NCBI GenBank assembly: GCA_964016885.1
Contig: OZ024750.1
Coordinates: 51,026,001-51,090,000 of the forward strand
Source: Eledone cirrhosa
Lineage: Eukaryota
DNA length: 64,000 nucleotides
Direction: 5' to 3'
The position numbers were made by a program, and so were the translations under genes. The notes under the pieces were generated by a model, which was given only the letters and a program-made list of their open reading frames with translations, was not told where the DNA came from and did no database searches. Positions 37,246 to 51,224 of this stretch are shown piece after piece (positions within the stretch are counted from its first letter, which is position 1; each line of letters opens with the position of its first letter).

Positions 37246-37870
37246 ACGGTGAAGATGGTGGGGATTGGCAGTATCGGTAAAGCGCCTGACACCATGGTTT
37301 GAAGCATAGAGTTATGGCCATTTACATTCTGATTCGATAAAATAAAGCACCATTAATGCACTGGGGTCGATTTAATCGACTTTCCCATCCCCTTCAAATT
37401 GCTAGCCTTTTGCCTAAAGTAGAAAGAATTATTTCAGAGATAGTGGATTGGCAGTTTCGGTGAGAGTGTTTAGTTATGGCTTTCTACGTTTTGAGTTCAA
37501 ATCTCGCCGAGGTTAGCTTTGCCTTACGGTATCGATTAAATAAGATACTAGTAACAAACTAGGGTCGATTTAATCGACTTTCTCCTTCCCCGAAATTGTG
37601 AATCTTGTGACTAAATGAGAGACGATAATTTGATCCTTGTTTGGGGAGACAGAGAAAGATTTTGCTGCATGTGTTCCGGTAATTGGCAGAAACGTTAGAG
37701 CAGTAATTATTCTTATGGCGTTCTCTGTTCAAATACCACCGTGGTCAACGTTACCTGTTAATCTTCAGGGGTCGACAAAATAAATACAGTTCAATTGTGG
37801 GGGTTAACTTAATCAAGATACCCCACCCCTGTGTAAATTACTGGCCTCGGGCTTAAAATAGACATTGTTA
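37246..37870 (+). mobile_element. Three tandem SINE copies of increasing decay
   Basis: ggattggcagt heads at about 37262, 37445 and 37682; gggtcgatttaatcgactttc in two copies. Confidence 0.7.
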
Positions 37871-38734
37871 TTCCCTTCCTTATTTCCTTCCTTACAACGT
37901 TTACAGTTGTTGTTTCAGCTCTCTGCCTTCTCAGTTCAAATCTCGCCTCAGTCAACAATAAAGGAAATAATTTAAAAGGCTGGTGATGGTCTTCCGTTGG
38001 TTTTCACGATGAACACTCAGTTTTTCAATCATCTGGCCAACTCCTGAATTAATGTGTAAGTGGTCAAGTATAACACAGACATGCGTGTCCGTTCGTAATT
38101 CCAAAGCAGTAACACAATAACCCAATATGGTACAACCCATCTGTCTATGTAGTTTAACTCTCAGGCCTTTATCTATGATAAAAGACACACAGTAGGATCA
38201 AACCCGAGACTTCGCGATTGAGAAGTCAACTTCTTAACTATTCAGCCATACCTGCACCCCGAAAATAATGTTAATGTGTGGGAAGATATCAACTTTTTAA
38301 AACAATCAATATTCTTTCCTTATATTATTAAATCAATGAGATTTTTTTTATTTAGTAACCAATAAAACAAGCGAGAAACAATCACAATATATATTTTACT
38401 ATATCTTATTCTCCAGACGTGGAAGCATATAACTATATTTTCTTGTTTAACTATAACAAACCTCATATCAGCAGCAGAAAGACAAGAAATTGAAACTATA
38501 AATAGAATGTAAATTAGAAATTGCAGACTGCTGAAATAACAAAATAATAATTAAATATAAGCAAACCATGTATTTTTTAATAATTGCCTAAGTCTATAAA
38601 AACTTGAAAGTAAATTTAGAAGATGAAAATTAAAGTAATGGTATACTGAACAATATTGTCTTTGACAAATATATAGAATCTTCGCCGACAGTTGTTTAGG
38701 AATAATAATTTTTAAAAAAAGTCTAAAGTATGTC

Positions 38735-39003
38735 TTAAGCCAGAAGGCTCATTTGGCCGGTGCTTATCCCGGTTTCATGGCGTGAAGCGACTGAGAGTAC
38801 AAGACTCCCCCCTGGACAGGACACCAGTCCATCGCGGGGTTAAACCTCCAGCTATTGCTGGTACTCATTTTCAGCTGAGTATAATGGAGTAACGTGAAAT
38901 GAAATGTTTTGCTCAAGAACACAACACGCAACCCAGGAATCGGACCCACGATATAATGATCGTAAGTCCAACACTTTTACCACTAGGCCACGTGCCTCCA
39001 CAC
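38735..39003 (-). mobile_element. tRNA-derived SINE with a Meta-like central domain
   Basis: Head ggaggcacgtggcctagtggtaaaagtgttgg...gggtccgattcc; core ccccgcgatggactggtgtcctgtccaggggg..gtcgcttcacgccatgaaaccgggataagc resembles the MetaSINE domain from memory. Confidence 0.7.
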
Positions 39004-41133
39004 GAATAATAAAGGCTTGTATGAACCCATGTACAATATAGTTACGCATAATAAACATACATTTAATCTCGTTGTTAGTAATTTAAGTTGTGATTATGAA
39101 ACAGTTGCCTCAGCATCGGAATAGGAGCCGTGAATGTTGCCCATATTTTCAAGACATTGGCTTATAGATTTGTAAACAATCTCCCTAGTGATGTACATTT
39201 TTGATTGTTACTTTTAATTAACGATACCAATAATACAGCGTGATGCAAAATAAAGGTTTATATGAAGCAACAGACTTCACGAATAATAAACATATTTTGG
39301 AGGGTTGTTCGGGATAAAATATTTCATGGCGGAGAAAGAGAAAATAGTTGTGTAGCAATATGGTATTTAGGTATATCAACTTATATGTTGTTTGGCAACA
39401 TATAGATCTGTTCAAGTCAACTTTTCCATTTGAGGTCTTAAATTAAATACCATTCCTCTCCTGTCTTTCTTTCTAATTTCTCTCTCGTTCTCTGCTTATC
39501 TGGAGAAAATCAGCTGCGTTCAGATCTGAAGAGGGGATCAGCTCGGCTAGATATACATTTGCCTAAGACACACTCATTGTCAGATTAGAACCCATACCAA
39601 ATATCAGATTTAGGTGTATCAACGTATTCAGTGAAGGCGTGTACTTAGTTTTTACGTCATCAGGTAGACAATTGTAAGATTGTGGTTTCGAGCCCCAGGC
39701 TGGGTAGTCTTTTGTGTCCTTAAGGAAGCCACTTCATTTCTGATGAAGGAGCGAATTATGTGACTGTTTTCCAATAAATATAAACTCTGATTTGTCTATT
39801 AAGTGCTCTTTTCTTCCATTTACGCACATATGTGTGTTAGTGTGAGAATGAGTTTAAAAGTAATATCAGACCTGTATTTATTTATATATAAACGTGTGTT
39901 TATAAATATCTATTCATGTATTTTAGTTCATACAAAATATTTATATTTTTCGTAACATACTTAATGCATTAAGATGTCTTTATAAGATAAACAACATCCA
40001 CATCGTGAAATCTCTTGAATTCATGATACGAAAATTTGATGTGTTTTGAAAAGAACATTCAATGAAATTAGAAACCGGAGAGAGAAAAGACAGCAAGAAC
40101 GACAAAAGACAAAATAACAAGAAATATACGATATTTGCTGCTTACAGTTGATAAGGAAATTTCTGAAAGAAAACATAAAGAAACAAGGAAATCCCTCCAA
40201 AGTAAAGAGAAAGGAAAGCGTAAAAGACATAATTTAAAGTTTTGCCGGCTAGAAATGATGAGTATCTTTTATAAAACGACTATAAATTTCTAGCCCTCAC
40301 AAGATTAAACGATGCAAAGAGGAAATTATAGCGACTTTGAAAATTTGATTGAAAGATAAAACAGTTTTCAAAATTCTTCTGGTAAAAAAACAAAACAAAT
40401 GACAATTGATATTAATATCCAAACCAAAAAATAAGCAGTATGAAAAAGAAATAACCAATTCCTTAGAAATGAATATCAAAACCATTGTTAGATTTCCTCA
40501 CAGATAATTTTAAATATTGTTTCTTCTCAATCGTGTTAACAATAACTGTATTGCATTGTACAATTAACAATTAAAGAGAAATCTTATGGCAGAGAAATGC
40601 TTTAATTTGGTATTTTCTTACGATTTATTAAAACGAAAGTGTTTCCAATACATTCCAATTTTTAATTACTAAAATAAATTTAAAGGAAAAAGATTTTGTC
40701 TAAATAAAATATCAAATTACAATGTAGATTTACGAATGGTAACATCATTTTATTATGTTAACAAAAAAAAAGATACGATTAATCATTTTATGAAGCGACG
40801 GATAAATTTGAAATTTTGAAAGTATGTTAGCTTGTTTAAATAGTTAACTATAAAAATAGTAAATTGATGTTTATAATAAAAACAATTTAATAGAAAAAGA
40901 AAAAAAAACTATTTCGTTTCTGAATTTGTTTAGCAAGATTCTTTATCTGAAAACGTGTGTTGAAAAAAAACTAGATTGAGAAGAAAGAATGGCGGGCGTC
41001 GCCGACCATTGTCTGCGGGGATGATTTCGCGGTCTTGTCCGCGGGGAACAACCCCATTACCGCCGCGCCCTAGCACCAGGGTCCAATTACCCCCTTCCCC
41101 TTGCCTTGCCCTTCCTTTTCCGTTTTATATATA

Positions 41134-41308
41134 TTTACTATAAAATAGTTGAATAAGTCAGGTAAATAAACAGTTGGAGACGGGAAAAATTGACAGAGAA
41201 GTCTGCAAGAAATGAACTCGCATCTGTCCCATGACGGACAGCTGCTTTACCATGTGTTATCAGCCAATTATTTACCCAACTTATTCAACTATTTCAAAGT
41301 CAAATATT
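41134..41308. mobile_element. Small inverted-repeat element (MITE-like)
   Basis: aaatagttgaataagtcaggtaaataa vs ttatttacccaacttattcaactattt. Confidence 0.4.
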
Positions 41309-42230
41309 TAAACATGCGTTGTAGCAGCTTTTACAAGCTAATATTCTTACAAAATTATTATCATGTAATATAATAATATATTATAGTTGTTTGAATTTGT
41401 TTTTGTTTTTTTTATTGATAATCGATTACTTTTAATAAACACTAATCGAACAGTAACCGTAGTTTTGCAATGACTCATGCTAATTTAATGTGAACAGCAT
41501 AACATTAATGTACGTCGCTTAATTGCAAATATGCAGATATAATCTGCTACATCATGAGAAATAAAACAGCCATTACTAAGACATACAACTTTTATTTGTA
41601 TCAGCCATTAGGGTTTATCGCAAAGTTAAATCTCATTCTCTTTCTAATTGAACCAACAGGTAATATACACATATGGAAAGACAATAATTCTTTACTACTA
41701 AATATACAGTTTGTAATAAATCATAGAAAAATTTCGTATATTTGCAATATTAAAATCTTTAATTATGCAAAATTGCAAAGTAATAATGAGAAATGGAGGC
41801 ATGATCAGAAGTTATGGTTATATTATAGATATACACTACAGTAAATACCATGATAAGGTCCTGGACAACGCTACTTTACTACATTAAGTCTTTTATCCTG
41901 TTAATGTTTCATTCATCAAAATTGCGGCCAAGCTGAAGCACCGTCTTCCGAAGTAACAATCGATCGCAGAGTCCAAGGAATTATTCCAGTTTGGTGTTTA
42001 TATATTTTATCGATCTCTATTTATCAATCCGCTACGTTAGAGGACATAAACGGTCACACTAGAAACAGCAACAACGGATTTAGAGAGATGTGATCACGAA
42101 CACAGACATATGTGGAACTTAAAATATAAACTGCCACCAAATTAAACAGCGACTGGTCTGTTATTGTTATTTGGAACGACAGGTTGAAAACATGCTCTGT
42201 TGTAGAAGTCAACGGTCCACCCGATACTAA

Positions 42231-45200
42231 TAGTCCTGTTCCTTGTGTCTTTTCGTTCAAATGTTTTGGAGATTTACTAAACTATACATTTTTGGAAACG
42301 TTAGGATGTATTGAACACAAAAATCAATGTTGCCATTTTTTTAGGGTTCCGAACATGGCCGTCTTAGGGCTTCAAAATGGCGATCGCTTGAAATGTAAAT
42401 TTACCAATATATCCACTTCCAAGCCATGTAGCCTTTTAGTTTCAGGGGCTAAACTTATATTTTAAGGGGCCAGAAGTCTATAGAAAGTGACTACAATCAC
42501 TTACGTTTAACATGAAGAAAGATTTTTTAAATAAAAATACCAATTTTAATGACAAAACTACAAACACCATATGCAAATATGATATTTCTTCTCTAGATCC
42601 ACTCATAATCAGGATATCGAAGCACGAGTCAAACATAATAAAAATGAATTTGTCTTCACGTACACTTTATTTTAATACATAAAACAATTAATTCGTGGAC
42701 ACTTTGCTTTTGTCAATTTCACAATAAAATCAGTCATGACTTTTAACATGCAGGAATACAAATTTGTGCACACTTTGTTATTGCCACTTTTAGAAGGGAA
42801 TCAGTCATAACCATGATATTACTCATCACTCTCACTATCAGTATTACCTGAGTCAAGGTTTTCATAAACTCTTTCCGCGTCATTTTCACACTGTGTGGTG
42901 CGCAGGCAAATGTCGGTGCACTGCAGATTCTTTGACCTGCAGGAACATCTTTGTGAGGAACAATCTCCCTTGCAATGGCATCTCACCATCTCAATGATGG
43001 CTTTAGGTGCTGGAGGATCATCCAGTAGTGGTTGGCTTTAGTTGGCCATCATCTCCCTTGTAGTAGCCGTTCTGCATTGGATCCAGCGGAACTTGCTGGA
43101 GAATGCTTTCCTGGCCCCAAACTCGTGCTTGCACATGTACCCTTAAGATGTGCTTATTGAGAGCACCAACTGTAGGTGGTAACTTGTCACTCTCTGACAT
43201 GTATTTACAGAACAGGTACCATCGCAACTCTGGAATGCTTTTGATTTGGATTCCCTTTGGACTGTAGGCAGGACACAAAAAACTTTCCAAGCTGGTCAGA
43301 AGTTCTTCAGTCACTTCAGTATCATTAGACAGCTTTTTCAGAGCGTCAATGGTGTTATCATAAGCTTCAAGGAAGATCTTGAACCATGTGGCTTTTCCTA
43401 CTCTGGCAAACCTTCCCGTATTATCGGCGCCAGAGAAGGCATGGAATGCAGGTAAAGCCTTCGCCTTTGCTGGACCTAGAACGTCCAAGAATGGCTGGAT
43501 CTTTAGAACACTTGATGCCATGGAGGTGGAGGTGTGCCTAGGTAACAAATCATAGTTGGCAATTAACATAACCAGGACATCTGTGTCAGGTGAGAAAAAA
43601 GTTAGTTTCATATCTCTTGGGTTTCGCTTTGTTGAAGATACTGCAAGGCATATCATCAGTGTGTCAGCTTCCTCGTGATTGTTTTCACTGAAAGGTTCCA
43701 TATTCTTGCTGCTCGTGGTTGGGCCAGATGCTGAAGTGATGACAAGCTTGGAGGAATATTTGCTGTAGTACAGAGTCTTTTCTACCAAGTACTTGGTCAA
43801 ATCAGCCTTCGTCTTTTCATGTGACAAGAATCTGCTCATAGTTATGTGCTTGATGCTCGTCTCATCTCTGACTTGATACTGGACTGGATCCTTCCCCTGG
43901 CGTCTATTCTGCCTGGTTGCATTCTTCACGGAATCGGTCTTACATGTGTCAAACACGAGAATTATTTCATCAAAGTTCTGCGTGAGGTTCATCAGTCTTT
44001 CATAGAAACTTTGGCTTAGATCTCTCACTGTAACCATGGTAGCTGGTTTCTTAGTCAGCTTCTGAATAAGCACCATTCCATCATTAGCGTACGGCTGTAT
44101 GAAACACGTTAATCGCGGGCGTTGAGGAGATTAACGAGCATCTTATTTCTTGTCTTTTGATGGATGCTCAGCGCCAATCCCACAACTTGGGGATTTTCTC
44201 TAACATGCTGCGAACGAAAGACAGCATGCTCAGTTTTTGGCTTGTATGTGACTTGTCTCTTAGACTTGAATCCAAACATCAGATTTTGACTCATTGTAAG
44301 GGCAGCTCTGTCCACAGCATGTGTTCGAACTTCAGTCTCCAGTTCATTTGCAGGCCCTGCCATGATCCAGCGAATAAGTGTATAGAGTTCCACTGGCACA
44401 TCTTCTATTTTGCTGGAAACTGGGAATGAACTTTGTGGCGGTTGTCTTTTGGTAAAATGTTCAATGCTGTGGCGAACAAGCATAGACAGGTCTGTGATTT
44501 GGCAAAGCCTCTGCTCCACCTAGCATGTTCAAATAGGTATTCTCGATGTCTGCCAAGAAAAGATGTGCGTCATCTGTAGTTTGCACGTCGATAATGTTCA
44601 CTAATTCAATTAAACTAGCCATTTGCTGTTGACACCCACTCTCTTTGTTTGCTTTGTTTGCGACAGCTTTATCTCTCAGAACATAGAACACATTTCTTGT
44701 CCAACACTGATTATGGTATTTGATATCAACAGCGTGGGCATCCCCTATGGAGATGCATGATGCCATTCTTGTTTTTAGTTCTGGATTAGGAGAGATTTCC
44801 ACAGCTTTTTTTAGAGCTTGGCCCGCATTGGCAGTTCTTACTGCAAACAACTGTTGGTCACCAAACGTTTGACAAAAAAAGCACAAGTCATTTTCCAGTG
44901 GGTTTGTTGCTGACCGTGTAAACGGCCCTAAGATTGCGGCAGAGGTTGATGGCTCACTCCTGTCAAAGCTTGAAGGGCGTCCTCGCTTTCTGCAGATATG
45001 TGATCCAGTAGACAAAGACCGTTGGTGACGGTCTCTTGCACGTTACATTTTGACTTTACTGGTGGCGTTGGAGTAGCACGTGCGATGCCAAAAAGCCTTA
45101 TTTCTCTGCAAAGTTTCTGTTGTGCAGTCTTCTAGCCTCTTTTGAATGTTTACAAATTCGCCATCATGCAGTAATGCTCGCTCCTTCACTGCAGCTAACA

Positions 45201-45660
45201 AACTATGGTTTGAATATAATTTTGGTTGTAACACAAACTGGCCTGCATCTTGTAGGCACACAATACACCGTTTCCAGTCAATTGTCTCTTGTTGCTGTCT
45301 ACCAAGTCGTGGTAACGTTGCTGTGGCCACGTTGTTCATTGGTCTGAAAAATTATAAACACTAATGAAGTAATACATGGCATTTGATTATTATTATTATT
45401 TTTATCATTATTATTGTTATTATGTTAAATTAGCCACTAAAATTAGAAGCTCAGTTGGTTAGAATTTGAGATACTGTTGAAAAATGTTGTCGGTAGTCAC
45501 AATTTTGAAATTTAAAGATGGCCACCACAGACACCTTGAAAAAAATGGCATCATTGTTTTTTGGATTAAGTATGTCCTAAAGTTTTCGAAAATGTATAGT
45601 TTTGCTAATCTCCAAGAAATCTGAACGAAAGTACCAATCGTTACATTATGAACTTGACTA
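42231..45660 (-). mobile_element. AcademX DNA transposon, internally deleted
   Basis: Imperfect ~150-bp TIRs beginning TAGTC and ending GACTA; 3-bp TSD TAA/TAA; XPG/FEN1-like nuclease motifs (VFD, HEEADT, DTDV, HAFSGAD) in 43018-44076; Cys-rich tail (CHCKGDCSSQRCSC..CTDIC); N-terminal CxxC..HxxC motifs. Confidence 0.85.
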
Positions 45661-46012
45661 TAAGTAAGTAAGGAAGATACAAAAGAAGGAGGATATTCAC
45701 GGACCATTGACGACATTTTTCAGATCCAGTTCCCAAAATACCCGTATAGTACCCTATTATTATTAGTTATATGATATTATGCCAACATGATTGGACCAAT
45801 TTTTTTATATGGGAGAAGAACACGCTGTTTAACCTGACTTCTAAAACATTCATAAGTTTCAGAGAATGAACTATTAAGCTGTTGTGTAAGGAAAAACTGA
45901 AATTTAATTTTCTTTAAACCTTGCAACCGGGGAAAGTTTGGTCAAAAATAAACACAAACTTAAGGGAAAGAGACAACATACATACATCCATCCATCCATA
46001 CATACATACATA

Positions 46013-47325
46013 GACATAGACCGCCTTTACTTGAAGTGACATAGACCGCCTTTACTTGAAACGTAAGCAGGGAGGCAGAGGCCTAACATCAGTCCAGACA
46101 ACATTTGAATGTCGCATCATATCTCTCCGACAACATCTACGAATCTCGAAGCGTAGGAGCCCGCTTCTCAAGCAAGTCTATCTGCATGAAACAGATAAGA
46201 TCATGAGAGTTGGGAAGGAACTCCTTGAGAGATATTCTCTGTGTGATAATCAAAAGCTCACACCCAGGGATGTCGCTCAGCAGTATCGCAGTGAATCCAT
46301 GGATGAAAAACTGCATGCCTATCAGCAAAAAATCATGCATGGATATGTTGCCAGGAAGCTCCAGAGTGAGAGTAATATAGATAAGGAAAGTAGTCTATCT
46401 TGGACCAACAATCGCTATATTGGCTCCCACTTTGAAGGGTACGCTTTTGCAATCCAGGAACAGGAGATTAGCACGAAATACCTGATTCACAAAAGAGATA
46501 GGGATGCAGGCAAAACACCTTGATGTGATAACAAGTGCAGACTCTGCAGAACTAACATCTGTCCAAAAATGTCATCGCGGTACTATCTACCTACGAGGCA
46601 TGATGTAGTGGCCAAAACACTGTACAATGCAGTTCGTAAAAAAGATAGCCCCGATAATAAACACATTAAAAGCTACAACAATGTGGAAGACATCCATGTA
46701 CATAATATGAAAGAGTACTGGTGGAATGTTCCAGTAAAAACCCCAATAAAATGAAGGCATAACAGACCAGATATTATGATATGGGACAGGGAGAAGAAAG
46801 CATGCACAGTAGTGGAAATTAGCTGCCCAGCAGATGCCAGTATAATATCAAAGATTAGTGAAAAGGAGAATATTTATGCAGAACTGATGAGAAATCTGCA
46901 GATACTCCACCCTGATTACACCTTCAGATTTATGCCTGTGATTATTGGGGCACTGGGATATGTTAGTAACTGCCTCAATACAAATCTTGAGAAGCTAGGC
47001 TTCACAGGAACAGAAAGAACACAACTAGTTAGGAAACTACAAGTACCATCCATTAATGGAACAGTAAAAATATGTAAAACATTCCAAAAATGTTGCACCT
47101 AATAACTGCATATACACATGTACAGAAACAAAGCATATACACATGGACACATACAACTCAAAACATCCACATCCACACATACAATATCATCCATATCTAC
47201 ACATGCATACATACATATCTACCTAGTTGATGTTGTGTAAATTCAATGAGAGAGTCTTGTGTCAATGTTAGAAACAGACTCTCTCTCTATTGGTAAAACT
47301 TTGTGAAATTATAAAACCAGAAGAA
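46013..47325 (+). mobile_element. R4/Dong-type RLE LINE copy 1, 5'-truncated, in (TACA)n
   Basis: KQGGRGL, CRLC, RHD, RPDIMIWD..VEISCP..K (restriction-like endonuclease); ends aaccagaagaa(cata)n. Confidence 0.85.
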
Positions 47326-47376
47326 CATACATACATACATACATACATACATACATACATACATACATACATACAT

Positions 47377-49969
47377 TTTGGAGCAAAATATGGGGTGAAA
47401 AGAAGAATTTCAACCAAGATGCAGTGTGGCTAAGAGAAATCCGAAAGAACTATTGCTCCTACACTACAACAAAAACATACGAAATAAGTGAGGGTACCCT
47501 TGAGACTGTGATCGGAAAACTCCAAGATCAGAAAACACCAGGAAGAGACATGATTGTCGGCTACTGGTACAAAAAACTAATATTCTATCGGAGCTATCTT
47601 ACTGACCTCTACCAACAAGTTCTTAAGGGAGATACACTTATACCAGAATGGTTGACATTAGCACAAACATTACTGGTCCCCAAGAAAAAATACATCCACT
47701 TGGCAAATAACTACTGACCTATTGCATGCCATAACCTGATGTATAAGATGTATACAGCCTGCCTGAACCTATTCCTCCAAGATCACTGTGAAAATAATAA
47801 CATCATCACAGATGAACAAGCAGCTGGAAAGAAAGGGGTTTGGGAATATGCTGAACAACTCCTAATCAACAAAACTGCGATGTCGGAGGTGCGACAACTT
47901 AGCAGGAATATGACTACAGTCTGGCTGGACTACAGAAAAGCTTTTGATTATGTTTCCCACTCTTGGATGATAGAGGCCCTCCAACTTGCTAAAGTCCCAG
48001 ACATTATTGTCAGAGCCATAGAGAGGCTGTCTTCTTCTTGGGCTACTATCCATAGGTTAAAGACAGAGAGGGAGGACTCTATTTTCACTGATAAAATAAA
48101 ATATTGCAGGGTTATATTTCAGCGGGACAGTCTCTCTGTGATATTGTTCATCCTGTCATTAAACCCCTTGTCCTTTCTGCTCAAGAAATGTGAGGGATAC
48201 ATCATTGGCTCACAGGAGGACAGAAATACGAACCTAACCCATAATTTCTTTGTGGATGATCTGAAACTCTATGCCAATAACATGGTGGGATGAAGAAAAA
48301 TCTTGACCTGGTTACAACCTTCTCAAAGGATATAGGAATGGAGTTTGGCCAAGATAAATGCTCATACATGACTGTAAAGCGGGGAAAAACAACAGCCCAA
48401 TCTAGCAACATTGTCATCAATGGTCTAACTGTTTCACCTATATCTGATGAGGACTGCTACAGATACCTGGGGATAGATGAGAACATATCCTATAATGGTA
48501 TCTGTAATAAAGAACGCGTAACCAAGGAATACTACACCCAATTAAGAAAGATTTGGTCATCGGAACTCTCTGCGCAAAACAAAACAGTGGCTCACAATGT
48601 GTTTGCTGTGCCTGTCCTAACACCAACGTTTGGAATACTCAATTGGACGATAGACGAATTCCGAGCAGTTGATGTTGGAACTCGAAAAATACTGAACAAC
48701 GCCGGAAACTTCCACATCAACAATGACATAGACCGCCTTTACTTGAAACGTAAGCAGGGATGCAGAGACCTTACATCAGTCCAGACAACATTTGAATGTC
48801 GCATCATATCTCTCCGACAACATCTACGAACCTCGAAGCGTCGGAGCCCGTTTCTCGAGCAAGGCTATCTGGATGAAACAGATAAGATCATGAGAGTTGG
48901 GAAGGAACTCCTCGAGAGATATTCCCTGTGTGATAATCAAAACCTCACACCCAGGGATGTCACTCAGCAGTATCGCAGTGAATCCATGGATGAAAATCTG
49001 CATGCCTATCAGCAAAAAATCATGCATGGATATGTTGCCAGGAAGCTCCAGAGTGAGAGTAATATAGATAAGGAAAGTAGTCTATCTTGAACCAACAGCC
49101 GCTATATTGGCTCCCACTTTGAAGGATACGCTTTTGCAATCCAGGAACAGGAGATTAGCACGAAATACCTGATTCACAAAAGAGATAGGGATGCAGGCAA
49201 AACACCTTGATGTGATAACAAGTGCAGACTCTGCAGAACAAACATCAAGGATATCACCCATGTCATCAGCATCTGTCCAAAGATGTCTTCGCGGTACTAT
49301 CTACCTATGAGGCATGATGTAGTGGCCAAAACACTGTACAATGTAGTTTGTAAAAAAGATAGCCCTGATAATAAACACATTAAAAGCTACAGCAATGTGG
49401 AAGACATCCATGTACGTAATATGAAAGAGTACTGGTGGAATGTTCCAGTAAAAACCCCAATAAACTGCAGGCATAGCAGACCAGATATTATGATATGGGA
49501 CAGGGAGAAGAAAGCATGCACAGTAGTGGAAGTTAGCTGCCTAGCAGATGCCAGTATAATATCAAAGATTAGTGAAAAGGAGAATATTTATGCATAACTA
49601 AAGAGAAATCTGCAGATACTCCACTCTGATTATACCTTCGGATTTATGCCTGTGATTATTGGGGCACTGGGATATGTTAGTAACTGCTTCAATCCAAATC
49701 TTGAGAAGCTAGGCTTCACAGGAACAGAAAGAACACAACTAGTTAGGAAATTACAAGTACAATCCATTAATGGAACAGTAAAAATATGGAAAACATTCCA
49801 AAAATTCTGCATCTAATAATTGTATATACACATGTACAGATACAAAGCATATACACATGGACACATACAATAATATGCATACCTGCACACACATGCATGC
49901 AGATATTCATACATAGTTGATGTTGTTTAAATTCCAATGAGTGAGTATTGTAGCTATGTTAGAAACCGA

Positions 49970-50058
<89 letters not shown>

Positions 50059-50104
50059 TCTCTCTCTATTGGGAAAACGTTATACAATTATAACACCAGA
50101 AGAA
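47377..50104 (+). mobile_element. R4/Dong-type RLE LINE copy 2 (RT and RLE), 5'-truncated and decayed
   Basis: KTPGRD, DYRKAFDYVSH, IFQRDSLS, FVDDLKLYA, YRYLGI, RHD, RPDI; same 3' end as copy 1. Confidence 0.88.
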
Positions 50105-50189
50105 CATACATCATACATATATACATACATATTTGCATACATACATAAATACAGACATGCATGTATACATACATACATATATGATGGCT

Positions 50190-50680
50190 GGAAACGCTTC
50201 TAAGAGTATTGCAATCGCTTGTCAGATTATAGGGTTTGGTGCACTTTTAGGCTACAGCCAGTCACACAAACCTGTAACATATCCTGAACAAGCAATGCCT
50301 GTGCTTTGGTTTTTTTTTATTTGGGAAAGGCCTTACACTCGACCAATCCCACTCTCTGAGCATCGAAAACATTACCCGAAAAGGAGAATTGGTCAACATC
50401 ATCGGGTGCTTCCGAAGCCGCTGGATTTTTTCAGAGTTTCCCTCCCCTAGAGAGGTGTTGTGACAAGTTGAAAACAAAAGTACCATTTGGATGGCCGTTG
50501 ACTCTGCTGAATTCCTCTGCCCTCTGCCGGGTCTTGTATTTCATCCTGCAGGGTGTCCAAATATCACCCTCCTCACCAAGCAAGCTAGGCAGGGTTGCCG
50601 GTTTAGTTGCAGACGACCCGACCATGAGACAGGTTGTACTGGGTTACATGTTACCAGTAACACTCGAGGGTGACCTGTCA
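50190..50680 (-). mobile_element. Probable LINE (RTE-like) 5' UTR fragment
   Basis: GC-richer block with aaaccggcaaccc..cttggtgaggaggg motifs reminiscent of RTE 5' ends; no coding motifs seen. Confidence 0.3.
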
Positions 50681-51150
50681 TACATCCATATACGTATATA
50701 TGCTTGCATAAATATCTATATGTCTAAAATAGATAATGTCCTGTCTATCTGTCGGTATGACTCCCTAAAACTCGAGAACCACCCAACCAATTGTTTTCAA
50801 ACTTTACACATGTAATACTTATGGTCCTGTGAGTGTTTTGCGCAAAACATATTTCAAATTTTCAATGCGCATTAGGCGATTTAGCGATCTCTCTCTACAA
50901 TTCTTAGTCTTTCTTTTTAGATAGATACATGGATATAACTTTGCGCCCTTATAATATCTATCTGTAAGTCTGGCTGTCGGCATTACGACATTATGACGCT
51001 GTGTGTGTGTGTGTATATGTAAAAATAGTGTGTGTATATATATATATAATGTGTAACGTTTTTCTGCGTTCAGAGATTGATTTTTTTTTATTTCAGAAGA
51101 TCCCATTAAGGGTGAAAGCAGCGATTCTTTGTTTAAACTTTAATCTGTTA

Positions 51151-51222
<72 letters not shown>

Positions 51223-51224
<2 letters not shown>

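Noticed and set aside
39520-39790. CTGAAGA and CTGATGA motifs as hammerheads
   Set aside because: No GAAAC partner or closing stems were found.
47255-47277. Similarity of the Dong 3' UTR (cttgtgtcaatgttagaaaca) to the SINE 3' end (cttgtgccaatagtagaaaca) as a SINE-LINE partnership
   Set aside because: The match is short, not terminal in the LINE, and poorly conserved in LINE copy 2.
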